From Pseudomonadota bacterium (GTDB lineage: Bacteria > Pseudomonadota > Alphaproteobacteria > Rhodobacterales > Rhodobacteraceae), in contig JANMDM010000337.1 of NCBI GenBank assembly GCA_031376305.1, positions 1-46,292 on the forward strand: a stretch of DNA of 46,292 bases. Reading direction: 5' to 3'. Below are positions 37,209 to 46,292 of the stretch, one piece after another. Each line of letters begins with the position of its first letter. Positions within the stretch are counted from its first letter, which is position 1. Below the pieces are notes generated by a model. It was not told where the DNA came from, made no database searches, and saw only the letters and a list, made by a program, of their open reading frames with translations. A program made the position numbers and the translations under genes.

Positions 37209-39257
37209 ATGCAGCGCGCCGAGGAACTTCTGTCCTCCGTCTTCGGATTTCCCAGCTTCCGCCCGGGTCAGGGCGAAATCGTCGCGGCTGTGGCGGCGGG
37301 GTGCAATACCCTGGCGATCATGCCGACAGGGGGCGGCAAGTCGCTGTGCTTTCAGCTTCCGGCCCTGCTGCGCGACGGGGTGACGGTTGTCATCTCGCCG
37401 CTGATCGCACTGATGCGCGATCAGGTGCGCAGTTTGCGCGAAACCGGGGTCGAGGCGGGGGCGCTGACCTCAGGCAACACCGAGGAAGAAACCGAAAACG
37501 TCTTTGCGGCGCTGGAGGAAGGGCGGCTCAGGCTGCTCTACATGGCGCCCGAACGGCTGGCGTCCGCCGCCACTCTGGCGCTGCTCAGGCGGATCGGCAC
37601 CAGCCTGATTGCCGTGGACGAGGCGCATTGCGTCAGCCAGTGGGGCCATGATTTTCGCCCTGACTACCTGCGCATCGGCGAACTGCGCCGGACGCTGAAC
37701 GTGCCCTTGGCCGCCTTCACCGCCACCGCCGACGAAGAAACCCGCGCCGAAATCGTCACCCGGCTGTTCGACGGCATTGAACCGGCCACCTTCCTGCGCG
37801 GCTTTGACCGCCCAAACATCCATCTGGCTTTTGAGGTCAAGGACCAGCCCCGCCGCCAGATCCTTGATTTCGCCGACGTCCGGCGCGGTCAGTCGGGTAT
37901 CGTCTACACCGCCACCCGCGCCAAAACCGAAACCCTTTCCCAAGCCCTGCGCGAAACCGGTCATTCCGCCTGTCACTACCACGCCGGGATGGACGCCGAA
38001 GGCCGCCGTGTGGTTGAAACCCGGTTTCAGCGCGAGGATGGCCTGATCGTGGTGGCTACCGTGGCCTTTGGTATGGGCATCGACAAGCCCGACATCCGCT
38101 GGGTGGCCCATGCCGACCTGCCCAAATCCATCGAAAGCTATTATCAGGAAATCGGCCGTGCTGGCCGCGATGGTGCCCCCGCCGAAACCCTGACCCTATA
38201 TGGCCCCGAAGACATCCGCCTGCGCCGCAGCCAGATCGACGAAGGCCTGGCCCCCATTGAGCGCAAAGAGGCGGACCATGTGCGCCTGAACGCGCTTTTG
38301 GGTCTGGCCGAAGCCACCGCCTGTCGTCGCCAACGACTGTTGGGTTATTTTGGCGAAACCACGCAGCCCTGCGGAATGTGCGATCTGTGCGACACCCCGC
38401 CCGAAGTTTTCGATGGCACTGATGCCGTTCGCAAGGCGCTTTCGGCAATGCTACGCACCAATGAGAGCTTTGGCGCCGGGCATCTGATTGACATTCTTTT
38501 GGGGGCGGTCACGGAAAAGATCACCCAGCGCGGCCATGACAGTTTGCCCACCTACGGCGTTGGCCGCGATCTGTCGAAAGCCCAGTGGCAGGCGGTGTTC
38601 CGGCAGATGACCGGGCGCGACCTGATCCGCCCCGACACCGAGCGTCACGGCGCCTTTCGCATGACCGATGCCGCCCGCCCGATTCTGCGCGGCGAAGCGC
38701 AGATTGAACTGCGCCGCGATACGATCCGCAAAGCCCATGATACGCTGGTGATCCGCACGCTGGTGGCCGAAGAAAATGCCCCGCTGCTGTCGGCGCTGAA
38801 AGCCAAACGCCGGGCCATGGCGGAAGCCGCCCGCGTACCCGCCTATGTAATTTTCCCGGACCGTACGTTGATTGAAATGGCGGAAACCCGACCGCTGACC
38901 CTGGATCAGATGGCGCATGTGACCGGGGTGGGGGCCAAGAAACTGGAAAGCTACGGTGCGGCATTCCTTGCGGTCATCACCGGCGCTTCGCCCGAGGATC
39001 GTCCGCATCCGGCGCGGCGCAAGCTTGCCGGTCGGGTCGCGGGGTCGCTGTTTGACCGGCTGCAAGCGGCGCAGCTTACACTTTCCCGCGGTGCCGACGG
39101 GGCCGGAAAGCCGATGTCCTGCCCGCCCAATATCCTCAGCCGCATCGCCGAGGCGCGGCCTGCGACGCTGACAGACCTTGCCCGTATCGCCGGATTTGAC
39201 GCCCTGCGGTTGGACCGTTTCGGACCGGCGTTTCTGGAGCTGATCCAAGAAGATTAA
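37209..39257 (+). CDS. recQ: ATP-dependent DNA helicase RecQ
   Basis: MPTGGGKSLCFQLP, DEAHCVSQWGHDFRP, ATVAFGMGIDK, YYQEIGRAGRDG, Zn-binding C..C..CD.C, RQC and HRDC domains. Confidence 0.96.
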   Translation: MQRAEELLSSVFGFPSFRPGQGEIVAAVAAGCNTLAIMPTGGGKSLCFQLPALLRDGVTVVISPLIALMRDQVRSLRETGVEAGALTSGNTEEETENVFAALEEGRLRLLYMAPERLASAATLALLRRIGTSLIAVDEAHCVSQWGHDFRPDYLRIGELRRTLNVPLAAFTATADEETRAEIVTRLFDGIEPATFLRGFDRPNIHLAFEVKDQPRRQILDFADVRRGQSGIVYTATRAKTETLSQALRETGHSACHYHAGMDAEGRRVVETRFQREDGLIVVATVAFGMGIDKPDIRWVAHADLPKSIESYYQEIGRAGRDGAPAETLTLYGPEDIRLRRSQIDEGLAPIERKEADHVRLNALLGLAEATACRRQRLLGYFGETTQPCGMCDLCDTPPEVFDGTDAVRKALSAMLRTNESFGAGHLIDILLGAVTEKITQRGHDSLPTYGVGRDLSKAQWQAVFRQMTGRDLIRPDTERHGAFRMTDAARPILRGEAQIELRRDTIRKAHDTLVIRTLVAEENAPLLSALKAKRRAMAEAARVPAYVIFPDRTLIEMAETRPLTLDQMAHVTGVGAKKLESYGAAFLAVITGASPEDRPHPARRKLAGRVAGSLFDRLQAAQLTLSRGADGAGKPMSCPPNILSRIAEARPATLTDLARIAGFDALRLDRFGPAFLELIQED

Positions 39258-39267
39258 CGCAGGTCCG

Positions 39268-41481
39268 TCACCCCTCTACCGCAGGCACCGGCTTTCGCAC
39301 GTCGGCAGGACCAGAGGCAGAAATCCGCTCCGCGAGCGCCGCCTTTTTCAAGGGCTTGGTCATGTAATGGTCGATCCCGGCGGCAAAGATACTGTCGCTG
39401 TCACCGTCCATGGCATGGGCGGTCAGCGCCACAATCGGCACATGCGCCCCCAGCCCCGCCGCGGCCTCCGCCGCACGGATCGCCCGAGTCGCCTCGCGCC
39501 CGTCCATGCCGGGCATTGATATATCCATGAAAATCAGATCCGGCGCATGGCTTTGCCACAGCGTCACTGCTTCGTGCCCGTCATTGGCGATTGCCAGATC
39601 AATGTCGAACTCTTGCACCATCTTGCGTAAAACCAGTTGATTGGTGCGATTGTCCTCGGCGGCCAGCACCCGCATTTGCCGCAAAGCCAAGGGCGCCGGG
39701 GCAAGGACCGGGGGGGGCGGGCTGGCCACAGGAGCCGCCGCCTGCGACAGATCCTGCAACTTACGGAACAGGTCACTGCGGGCGATGGGCTTTTGCAAGA
39801 AGCCCGCCACAGCCCCATTTGTCGGCGACACCGACGGCGGGCTGGTGCCGCACAGCAAGATTGGTGCAGCCAGACCCGCCCCACGCAGGCGGGCGGCCAG
39901 TGCCAAACCCGCGCCTTCGGCTATATCCTGATCAATCAGCACCACATCAAAGCTGGCCCCCGCCGCCAGCGCCTGCAACGCCTCGGCGCCTGACCGGCAG
40001 GCCCCGACCTTCAGCCCATAGGTTTCCAACTGGCGCGACAGGATTGTGCGGTTGATCGCGGTGTCATCAATCACCAGCGCATTTTTCAGGCTGACCGGAC
40101 GGTCGGCACCCGCCGCAGGCAGCGCCTCAGCCGGGCTCAGCGTCACCCGAAAGCCAAAGCAAGACCCCTTGCCATATTCACTGTCCACCCAGATATCGCC
40201 TCCCATCAGGGTGACAAGCTGGCGGGTGATGGCCAGCCCAAGGCCAGTCCCTTCGAATTTGCGGTTCGACTGGTCTTCGACCTGATTGAATTCGCCAAAA
40301 ATGTGATCGACATATTCCGCGGCGATTCCGATGCCTGTATCCTCGATCGTGACATGCAGATCGTAAGCGCCTTCCTCCCGCTCCAGACCGACGACACGGG
40401 CAATGATATGGCCCTTGGCGGTGAACTTCACCGCATTGCCCACCAGATTGGTCAATATCTGCCGCATCCGCCCAGGATCGGCGACAAAACGCGTGGGCAG
40501 GAACAGATCGAAATCGACCAGCAGCTGCACGCCCTTATCCCGTGCCGAAGGCTGCAACAGCAGCATCACTTCATGCAGGCAGCGCTCCAGATCGAAGGGT
40601 TCGGGGTAAAGCCGCAGCTTTTCCGCTTCGGCCTTTGAGTAATCCAGCACATCATTGATGATGGTCAGCAGTGCCTCGCCAGACGAACGGATGGTTTCGG
40701 CAAACAGCCTTTGTTCTTCGCTTAACGGCGTCTCGCACAGCAGGTCGGCCATACCCACCACACCGTTCATCGGGGTGCGGATCTCATGGCTCATGTTCGC
40801 CAGAAACGCTGATTTGGCGCGGCTGGCGGCCTCGGCCTTGGTGCGCGCCTCTTCCAGTTCCGCCTCGCGCTGCATGGTTTCGGTAATATCCGCCGTCAGA
40901 CACACCAGATCGCCCGCTTCGCCCCGCCGGTCGATGAAGCGCACAAAACGTCCGTCAGCAAGACGCACTACCTTTGGCTCTATCTCGTCGCCCAGCAGCC
41001 GGGCGATCATTTCATGCCGCCAGTCATGCACATCGCGCCCGTCCAGGTCGATGACCCCCAGTTCGGCCATCATTTCGATGATCTGGTCATAGGTCTGCCC
41101 TGCCTCCAGCTTGCCGCGCCCCTGAAACAGCGCGACATAGGCGCCGTTGGCAATGATCAGGCGCATCTCGGCGTCAAAAACCGCAAAGCCGTCCTGAATG
41201 GTTTCCAGCGCCTCCCACAGCCGTCTTTGCGCCAGTTGGGCGGCTGTCCTTGCCCGCTCAAGATCCGATTCGACCTGATGGTTGCGACCCTTCAGGGTCT
41301 GGGATTCGGTCTGGGCCAGTTCCAGATCCTGCCGCTGTTCGACAACCGTTTCCGACAGGCTGCGGGCATGAATGGAAAGCCGGTCATGCGCCGACAACAG
41401 CTCCCGCTGTTTTTGATCCAGCAGCCGTTCAGCGGCCAACCGGGCTCGGCGTTCGCTGACAAGTTTCTCTGCAATGCTCAT
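39268..41481 (-). CDS. Cytoplasmic hybrid sensor histidine kinase (coiled coil-PAS-HisKA-HATPase-REC-REC)
   Basis: FLANMSHEIRTPMN, N-box NLVGNAVKFT, DTGIG, GTGLGL and two receiver domains (IDQD, FMDISMP). No TM segment. Confidence 0.92.
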   Translation of the reverse strand: MSIAEKLVSERRARLAAERLLDQKQRELLSAHDRLSIHARSLSETVVEQRQDLELAQTESQTLKGRNHQVESDLERARTAAQLAQRRLWEALETIQDGFAVFDAEMRLIIANGAYVALFQGRGKLEAGQTYDQIIEMMAELGVIDLDGRDVHDWRHEMIARLLGDEIEPKVVRLADGRFVRFIDRRGEAGDLVCLTADITETMQREAELEEARTKAEAASRAKSAFLANMSHEIRTPMNGVVGMADLLCETPLSEEQRLFAETIRSSGEALLTIINDVLDYSKAEAEKLRLYPEPFDLERCLHEVMLLLQPSARDKGVQLLVDFDLFLPTRFVADPGRMRQILTNLVGNAVKFTAKGHIIARVVGLEREEGAYDLHVTIEDTGIGIAAEYVDHIFGEFNQVEDQSNRKFEGTGLGLAITRQLVTLMGGDIWVDSEYGKGSCFGFRVTLSPAEALPAAGADRPVSLKNALVIDDTAINRTILSRQLETYGLKVGACRSGAEALQALAAGASFDVVLIDQDIAEGAGLALAARLRGAGLAAPILLCGTSPPSVSPTNGAVAGFLQKPIARSDLFRKLQDLSQAAAPVASPPPPVLAPAPLALRQMRVLAAEDNRTNQLVLRKMVQEFDIDLAIANDGHEAVTLWQSHAPDLIFMDISMPGMDGREATRAIRAAEAAAGLGAHVPIVALTAHAMDGDSDSIFAAGIDHYMTKPLKKAALAERISASGPADVRKPVPAVEG

Positions 41482-41649
41482 GCTTCACCCCGCATCAGAT
41501 ACGGTTTGCACCGAGTCACGGCGCAGATTGGCTGATCAGAATGAAGAACCGCTAAACAGCCGTCAGGTATGGAAAACCGCCAAAGCGATTCATTGCAATC
41601 AACAGCCCGGATATGGCACCTTGACCCAAGTGTCAGGCAGGAGTTTCAG

Positions 41650-44600
41650 ATGCGCTTTCGCGGTTTATTGTTATTGGCGACTCTTGTCTGGCAGGCCTTG
41701 CCGGCCTTTGCTCAGGATCAGGCCTATGTGCCTGACCGGCGGCTGGTGCTGACCGAGAATACCGATTTTTCCGGGTCTGACCTGCAATCCATTTTTGATA
41801 CCACCTTGGAGTCCTGCGAGGCGGCCTGCCTTGCGGATACCAGCTGCACGGCCTTCACCTTCAACAGCCATGCAAATTCCTGCTTCCTGAAGTCGGGTGT
41901 CAGCGATCAGCTGGCCTTTGACGGGGCCTATTCAGGCTGGGTCCGCTCTGCCAACAAAGGCGCCGTCGAAATCGCAGGCCAACGCGCGGCCGACTTGGAT
42001 TTCCTGACCTCGGTGGATTTTGACGCGGCGCTTCAGCAGGCACGCGGGCTGGCGAATGAACATATAACCGGGGATTGGCCCGTCGAAGATCTTCTGGCCT
42101 CGGCCGCACAGGCCCGCGCAGATGGCGACATCTTGGGCGCATCACGGTCACAAGGGGCTGCGCTGAACCTCAGCGATGCCGCCGATCAATGGGTTGAATA
42201 CGGCCAGATGTTGTTTGAGATTGCGGCGGCAGGCAACAGCGATACCCAGGCTTTCGCTGCCCGCGCGCTCAGCGCCTCGGTCAACGGCTATTTGCGAACG
42301 GGCAATGCCGAATTGCAGGCCACCGCGCTTTATCTCATGGCGCAGTCGCTTGAAACCAGCCAACGCGGGCGCGAGATGATCCCGGCCTTGCGATTGGCAC
42401 AAACCCTGTCGCCGCGCGACGATGCCGACGCCCTTTTGACCGATGCCATTGGCAAGTACGGATTTCGGATCGAGGAGCATGTCGTCGAAAACGACAGCGC
42501 TGCACCGCGCATCTGTGCGGCGTTCAACGCCGATCTGATAGCCACCGGCACCGACTACGCACCGTTCGTCGAATTGCCCGAAGCCGGGCTTTCGGTCGAA
42601 TCTTCGGACCGTAAGATTTGCATTGACGGCGTTCAGCACGGAAAACGCTATGTGGTGACCTTCCGCGAGGGCCTGCCCGCTGCGGATGGTGATACGCTGG
42701 CCCAAGACACCACCTTGCAGCTTTACGTTCGTGACCGCGGGCCCGCCGTCCGCTTTCCCGGTCGCGCCTATATTCTGCCGCGCGCCGCCGAATCAGGTAT
42801 TCCAGTTGAAACCGTCAATACCGCGCATCTGAAACTGACCTTGCAGCGGGTGTCTGACCGCAACCTTGTGCGCGCCGCACAAGACGATTCCATTGCGCGG
42901 CAACTGGACTTCTGGTCAGCGGAATACTTCAACAGCCAGATGGCCGAACAGGTTTGGACCGGCGAGGCGGATGTGGCCGCGGCCGAAGCCAACCGCGATG
43001 TGACAACGCGCCTGCCTTTGGACGATGTGCTCAAGGATCTTGGCCCCGGCATCTATGTGCTGCAGGCCGCGATCCCGGATGCGGATCCGGAACAGATCCC
43101 TCCGGGGATGCAGTGGTTTGTGATCTCTGATCTGGGCCTGACCACCATGGCGGGTACCGACGGTCTGCATGTGTTCGTGCGCGCCCTTGGCGATGCCTCG
43201 GCCAAATCTGGGGTCAAGGCCACGCTTCTGTCGCGCGCCAATGCGGTGATCGGCACAGTTGACACCAACGATCAGGGCTATGCCAATTTCCCCGCCGCGA
43301 TGATGGCCGGTGCCGGAAGTTCTGCCCCAGCCATGATAACCGTCGAACAGGGCGATGATTTTTCCTTCCTGTCGCTGACCGACCCGGAGTTCGATCTGTC
43401 CGACCGTGGCGTCACCGGGCGCGAGGCGGCCCCCGCCATTGACGTGTTCCTGACCACTGATCGCGGCGCCTACCGCGCCGGCGAAACCCTGAACGCCACG
43501 ATTCTGGCGCGCGACCCGAATATGCAGGCGCTGGAAGGCCTGCCGCTCAAGGCCCGGTTGATCCGCCCCGACGGGGTTGAATACAACCGCCTGCTGGCCG
43601 TCGAAGTCGGTGCAGGCGGGCGGGCGGTTTCCCTGCCCATCGGCGCCAGCGCCCCGCGTGGCACCTGGCGGATCGAGGTATTTGCCGAAGAGGATGCCCC
43701 GGTTCTGGCCTCGCAGGCGTTCCTGGTCGAAGATTTCCTGCCCGAACGCATCGACTTTGCCCTGAGCCTGCCCGAAGGCATCCTGCGCCTGACCGATACC
43801 CCTGAAATCGGTATTGCCGCCCGCTATCTCTTTGGCGCGCCGGGGGCGGATCTGGCGATCGAGGGTGACTACCGCTTGACTTCAGCGGATGAATTGTCGG
43901 CCTTTCCCGGCTTTCGCTTCGGCAAATATGACGAAACCTTCTCGCCCTATTATGACAGTATCTATGACGCCGGCCGCACCGATGCGGGTGGCAATGCCAC
44001 CGCATTGGTGTCGATCCCCGATCAGGGTCCGGCAGGCAACCGCCCGCTGAATGCCCGCTTTGCCATCCGGCTTGCCGAAGGCTCAGGCCGCCCGATTGAG
44101 CGGACGATTGAACGCACCATCCTGCCTGATACCCCGGTTATTGGCGTGAAGCCAAAGTTCAAGGACGGCGTCGCGGCGGAAAACAGCGAGGCGGGTTTTG
44201 AGGTGATCGCGGTTGGCCCGGATGGGGCGTCGGCCCCCCTGGAAGCGCATTGGACGCTGAACCGGCTTGAGACGAATTACCAGTGGTATGCGCTTTACGG
44301 CCAGTGGAACTGGGACGTGACGACAACCCGAAGCAAGGTCGCCGAGGGTGATCTGGCCATCGGGGCCGAAGGTCCGGCCGCACTCGCCCCGCGTGTCGAA
44401 TGGGGCAATTATGAGCTGGTGGTGGAAAGCAGCGATGCCGCCCATACCGTCACCTCAACCGAATTCTACGCTGGCTGGTACGCGCCCGCCGATGCTGCCG
44501 CCACCCCCGACACGTTGGAACTGGCCTTGGACAAACCCGCCTATAAGGCGGGCGAAACTGCGACGCTGCGCATCGTGCCGCGCTTTGCCGGGGTGGCGCT

Positions 44601-46292
44601 GATCACCGTGGTGTCGAACCATCTGATCGACATGAAAGCCGTGCCGGTGACCAAGGGTAAAAATACCGTCGAACTGCCGGTGACCGATGCCTGGGGGGCT
44701 GGGGCCTATGTCACCGCTTCGGTCATCAGGCCGATGGACGCCGCCGCCGGACGCAACGCCGCGCGGTCTTTGGGCCTGTCCTATGCCCCGGTCGATCCCG
44801 GCGCCAGAAAGCTGACCACCACCGTCGAAATGGCCGCCGAAGCTGACCCGCGCGGTCCGCTGCCGGTGGCGGTCAAAGTTGATGGCATCACCGCAGGTGA
44901 AACCGCCTGGGTGACACTTGCGGCGGTGGATGTTGGCATCCTGAATCTGACCGCCTTCGTATCTCCCGATCCTGAAGGTCACTACTTCGGCCAGCAAAAG
45001 CTCGGCATGGCGATCCGTGATATCTATGGCCGCCTGATTGACGGCCAGAACGGGGCCGCAGGTGTGGTTCGCTCCGGTGGCGACGCCGGTGGTGCCAAGT
45101 TGAAATCCCCACCCCCCACCGAGGAACTGGTCGCCTATTTCTCGGGTCCGCTGCAAGTGGGGGCCGACGGCTACGCCCGTACCGAATTCACCCTGCCCAG
45201 CTTTAACGGCACCGTGCGGGTGATGGCCGTGGCCTGGTCGAAAACCGCCGTCGGTCAGGCGCAGTCCGAGGTCATCGTCCGCGATCCGGTGGTGGTCACT
45301 GCCTCGGTCCCGCGTTTCCTGGCCCCCGGCGATCAAAGCCGCCTGCTGCTTGAGCTGGTTCACGCCGCCGGCCCCTCTGGCCGTATGGGTCTGGACGTCA
45401 CCGCCGAAGGCCTGACCCTGGGCGATATGCCTTCGGGCGTCGATCTGGCCGTTAAGGGCAAAACCTCCCTGTCGGTGCCGGTGTCGGCCACTGCGGGGGA
45501 GGGCGATGCCACAATCCGCATCGCCCTGACCACGCCCGATGGCAAGCAACTGGTCAAGACCCTGACCATCCCGGTTCAGTCAAACGACCCCGAAATATCG
45601 CGGCAAAGCCAGTTCAAACTGGCGGCGGGCGACGCCTTCACGCTGGATGCCAATGTCTTTGACGGCTTTGTACCGGGGTCGGGCAAGGCCACGCTGGCAA
45701 TGGGGCCCATCGCGCGCTTCAACGCGCCGGGAATTCTCGCCTCGTTGGACCGCTATCCCTACGGCTGCACCGAACAGCTGACATCCAAGGCGTTGCCGCT
45801 GCTGTACTTCGAAGATGTGGCCGCCGCGATGGGGGCGGGCGATACCACGGGTATCCGCGAGCGGGTGCAGCAAGCGATTGGCGAAGTGCTGCTTAACCAA
45901 TCCTCGAACGGGGCGTTCGGGCTTTGGTATGCAGATTCCGGCGATATGTGGCTGGATGCGTTCGTGACCGACTTCCTCAGCCGGGCGCGCAAACAAAACT
46001 ACACGGTGCCGGACGTGGCTTTCCGCAACGCGATGGACAATCTGCGCAATCAGATCAATTACGCCCCCGATTTCGACAGGGATGGCGGGGCGATGGCCTA
46101 TGCGCTGATGGTTCTGGCCCGCGAAGGTGGCGCCTCGATGGGCGATCTGCGCTACTACGCCGATGTTAAGGCCGAGGCGTTTGATACGCCGATTGCAGCG
46201 GCACAACTGGCGGCGGCTCTGGCCTCCTACGGCGATCAGACGCGGGCCGATGCGATGTTCAACCGGGCGGCCGAACTGGTGGCCAAGAACAT
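41650..46292 (+). CDS. Bacterial alpha-2-macroglobulin (YfhM family) with an N-terminal PAN/apple-like domain; partial, runs off the window
   Basis: Absent from the ORF track. ATG at 41650 follows AGGAG and reads MRFRGLLLLATLVWQALPAFA, then TDF.G.D...C...C.....C.AFTFN....CFLK. Also SDLGL, TDRGAYRAGE, AVD.GIL.LT, and the thioester motif YPYGCTEQ in the same frame (CTEQ at 45766-45777). Confidence 0.93.
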   Translation, partial: MRFRGLLLLATLVWQALPAFAQDQAYVPDRRLVLTENTDFSGSDLQSIFDTTLESCEAACLADTSCTAFTFNSHANSCFLKSGVSDQLAFDGAYSGWVRSANKGAVEIAGQRAADLDFLTSVDFDAALQQARGLANEHITGDWPVEDLLASAAQARADGDILGASRSQGAALNLSDAADQWVEYGQMLFEIAAAGNSDTQAFAARALSASVNGYLRTGNAELQATALYLMAQSLETSQRGREMIPALRLAQTLSPRDDADALLTDAIGKYGFRIEEHVVENDSAAPRICAAFNADLIATGTDYAPFVELPEAGLSVESSDRKICIDGVQHGKRYVVTFREGLPAADGDTLAQDTTLQLYVRDRGPAVRFPGRAYILPRAAESGIPVETVNTAHLKLTLQRVSDRNLVRAAQDDSIARQLDFWSAEYFNSQMAEQVWTGEADVAAAEANRDVTTRLPLDDVLKDLGPGIYVLQAAIPDADPEQIPPGMQWFVISDLGLTTMAGTDGLHVFVRALGDASAKSGVKATLLSRANAVIGTVDTNDQGYANFPAAMMAGAGSSAPAMITVEQGDDFSFLSLTDPEFDLSDRGVTGREAAPAIDVFLTTDRGAYRAGETLNATILARDPNMQALEGLPLKARLIRPDGVEYNRLLAVEVGAGGRAVSLPIGASAPRGTWRIEVFAEEDAPVLASQAFLVEDFLPERIDFALSLPEGILRLTDTPEIGIAARYLFGAPGADLAIEGDYRLTSADELSAFPGFRFGKYDETFSPYYDSIYDAGRTDAGGNATALVSIPDQGPAGNRPLNARFAIRLAEGSGRPIERTIERTILPDTPVIGVKPKFKDGVAAENSEAGFEVIAVGPDGASAPLEAHWTLNRLETNYQWYALYGQWNWDVTTTRSKVAEGDLAIGAEGPAALAPRVEWGNYELVVESSDAAHTVTSTEFYAGWYAPADAAATPDTLELALDKPAYKAGETATLRIVPRFAGVALITVVSNHLIDMKAVPVTKGKNTVELPVTDAWGAGAYVTASVIRPMDAAAGRNAARSLGLSYAPVDPGARKLTTTVEMAAEADPRGPLPVAVKVDGITAGETAWVTLAAVDVGILNLTAFVSPDPEGHYFGQQKLGMAIRDIYGRLIDGQNGAAGVVRSGGDAGGAKLKSPPPTEELVAYFSGPLQVGADGYARTEFTLPSFNGTVRVMAVAWSKTAVGQAQSEVIVRDPVVVTASVPRFLAPGDQSRLLLELVHAAGPSGRMGLDVTAEGLTLGDMPSGVDLAVKGKTSLSVPVSATAGEGDATIRIALTTPDGKQLVKTLTIPVQSNDPEISRQSQFKLAAGDAFTLDANVFDGFVPGSGKATLAMGPIARFNAPGILASLDRYPYGCTEQLTSKALPLLYFEDVAAAMGAGDTTGIRERVQQAIGEVLLNQSSNGAFGLWYADSGDMWLDAFVTDFLSRARKQNYTVPDVAFRNAMDNLRNQINYAPDFDRDGGAMAYALMVLAREGGASMGDLRYYADVKAEAFDTPIAAAQLAAALASYGDQTRADAMFNRAAELVAKN

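Noticed and set aside
41542-41557. CtrA box upstream of the hybrid kinase
   Set aside because: TGAA-N7-TAAA is mismatched in both half-sites, too weak to call.
1-46292. CRISPR array, tRNA or intact IS element
   Set aside because: I saw no regularly spaced direct repeats, cloverleaf sequence or transposase ORF.

Overview
GC-rich alphaproteobacterial chromosome segment, most likely Rhodobacteraceae, with three parts. (1) Bases 1-7000 hold an orphan toxin-immunity-like gene behind a dead TNT-type toxin tail, a hydantoin/allantoin-racemase + LIV-type ABC transporter operon with a divergent GntR regulator, and an integrase-like remnant. (2) Bases ~7000-30200 form an exosortase-D-associated exopolysaccharide/capsule locus: polymerase/ligase-like protein, acetyltransferase, SGNH hydrolase, BY-kinase, Wzz, ExeA-like ATPase, priming sugar transferase, TPR lipoprotein, Wza, beta-barrel, XrtD, rhomboid, GT4 and GT2. 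Embedded in it are a gene-transfer-agent head-spike base homologue (Rcc01079/GhsA-like) and a 747-aa candidate spike fibre carrying a putative O-acetylesterase plus a lectin-like domain. (3) Bases 30300-46292 are core genes: a frameshifted phosphotransferase, arfB, a queuosine-precursor transporter, mepA, an MFS transporter, yggT, recQ, a hybrid kinase and a bacterial alpha-2-macroglobulin that runs off the window. The two most striking signals are the GTA-spike module inside the capsule locus and an unannotated RNA upstream of arfB. That RNA has a 17-nt perfect complement of the 16S 3' end, an 18-codon ORF using only rare AGA/AGG Arg codons, an internal anti-SD and a hairpin terminator. All family assignments come from motif recognition by eye; no searches were run.
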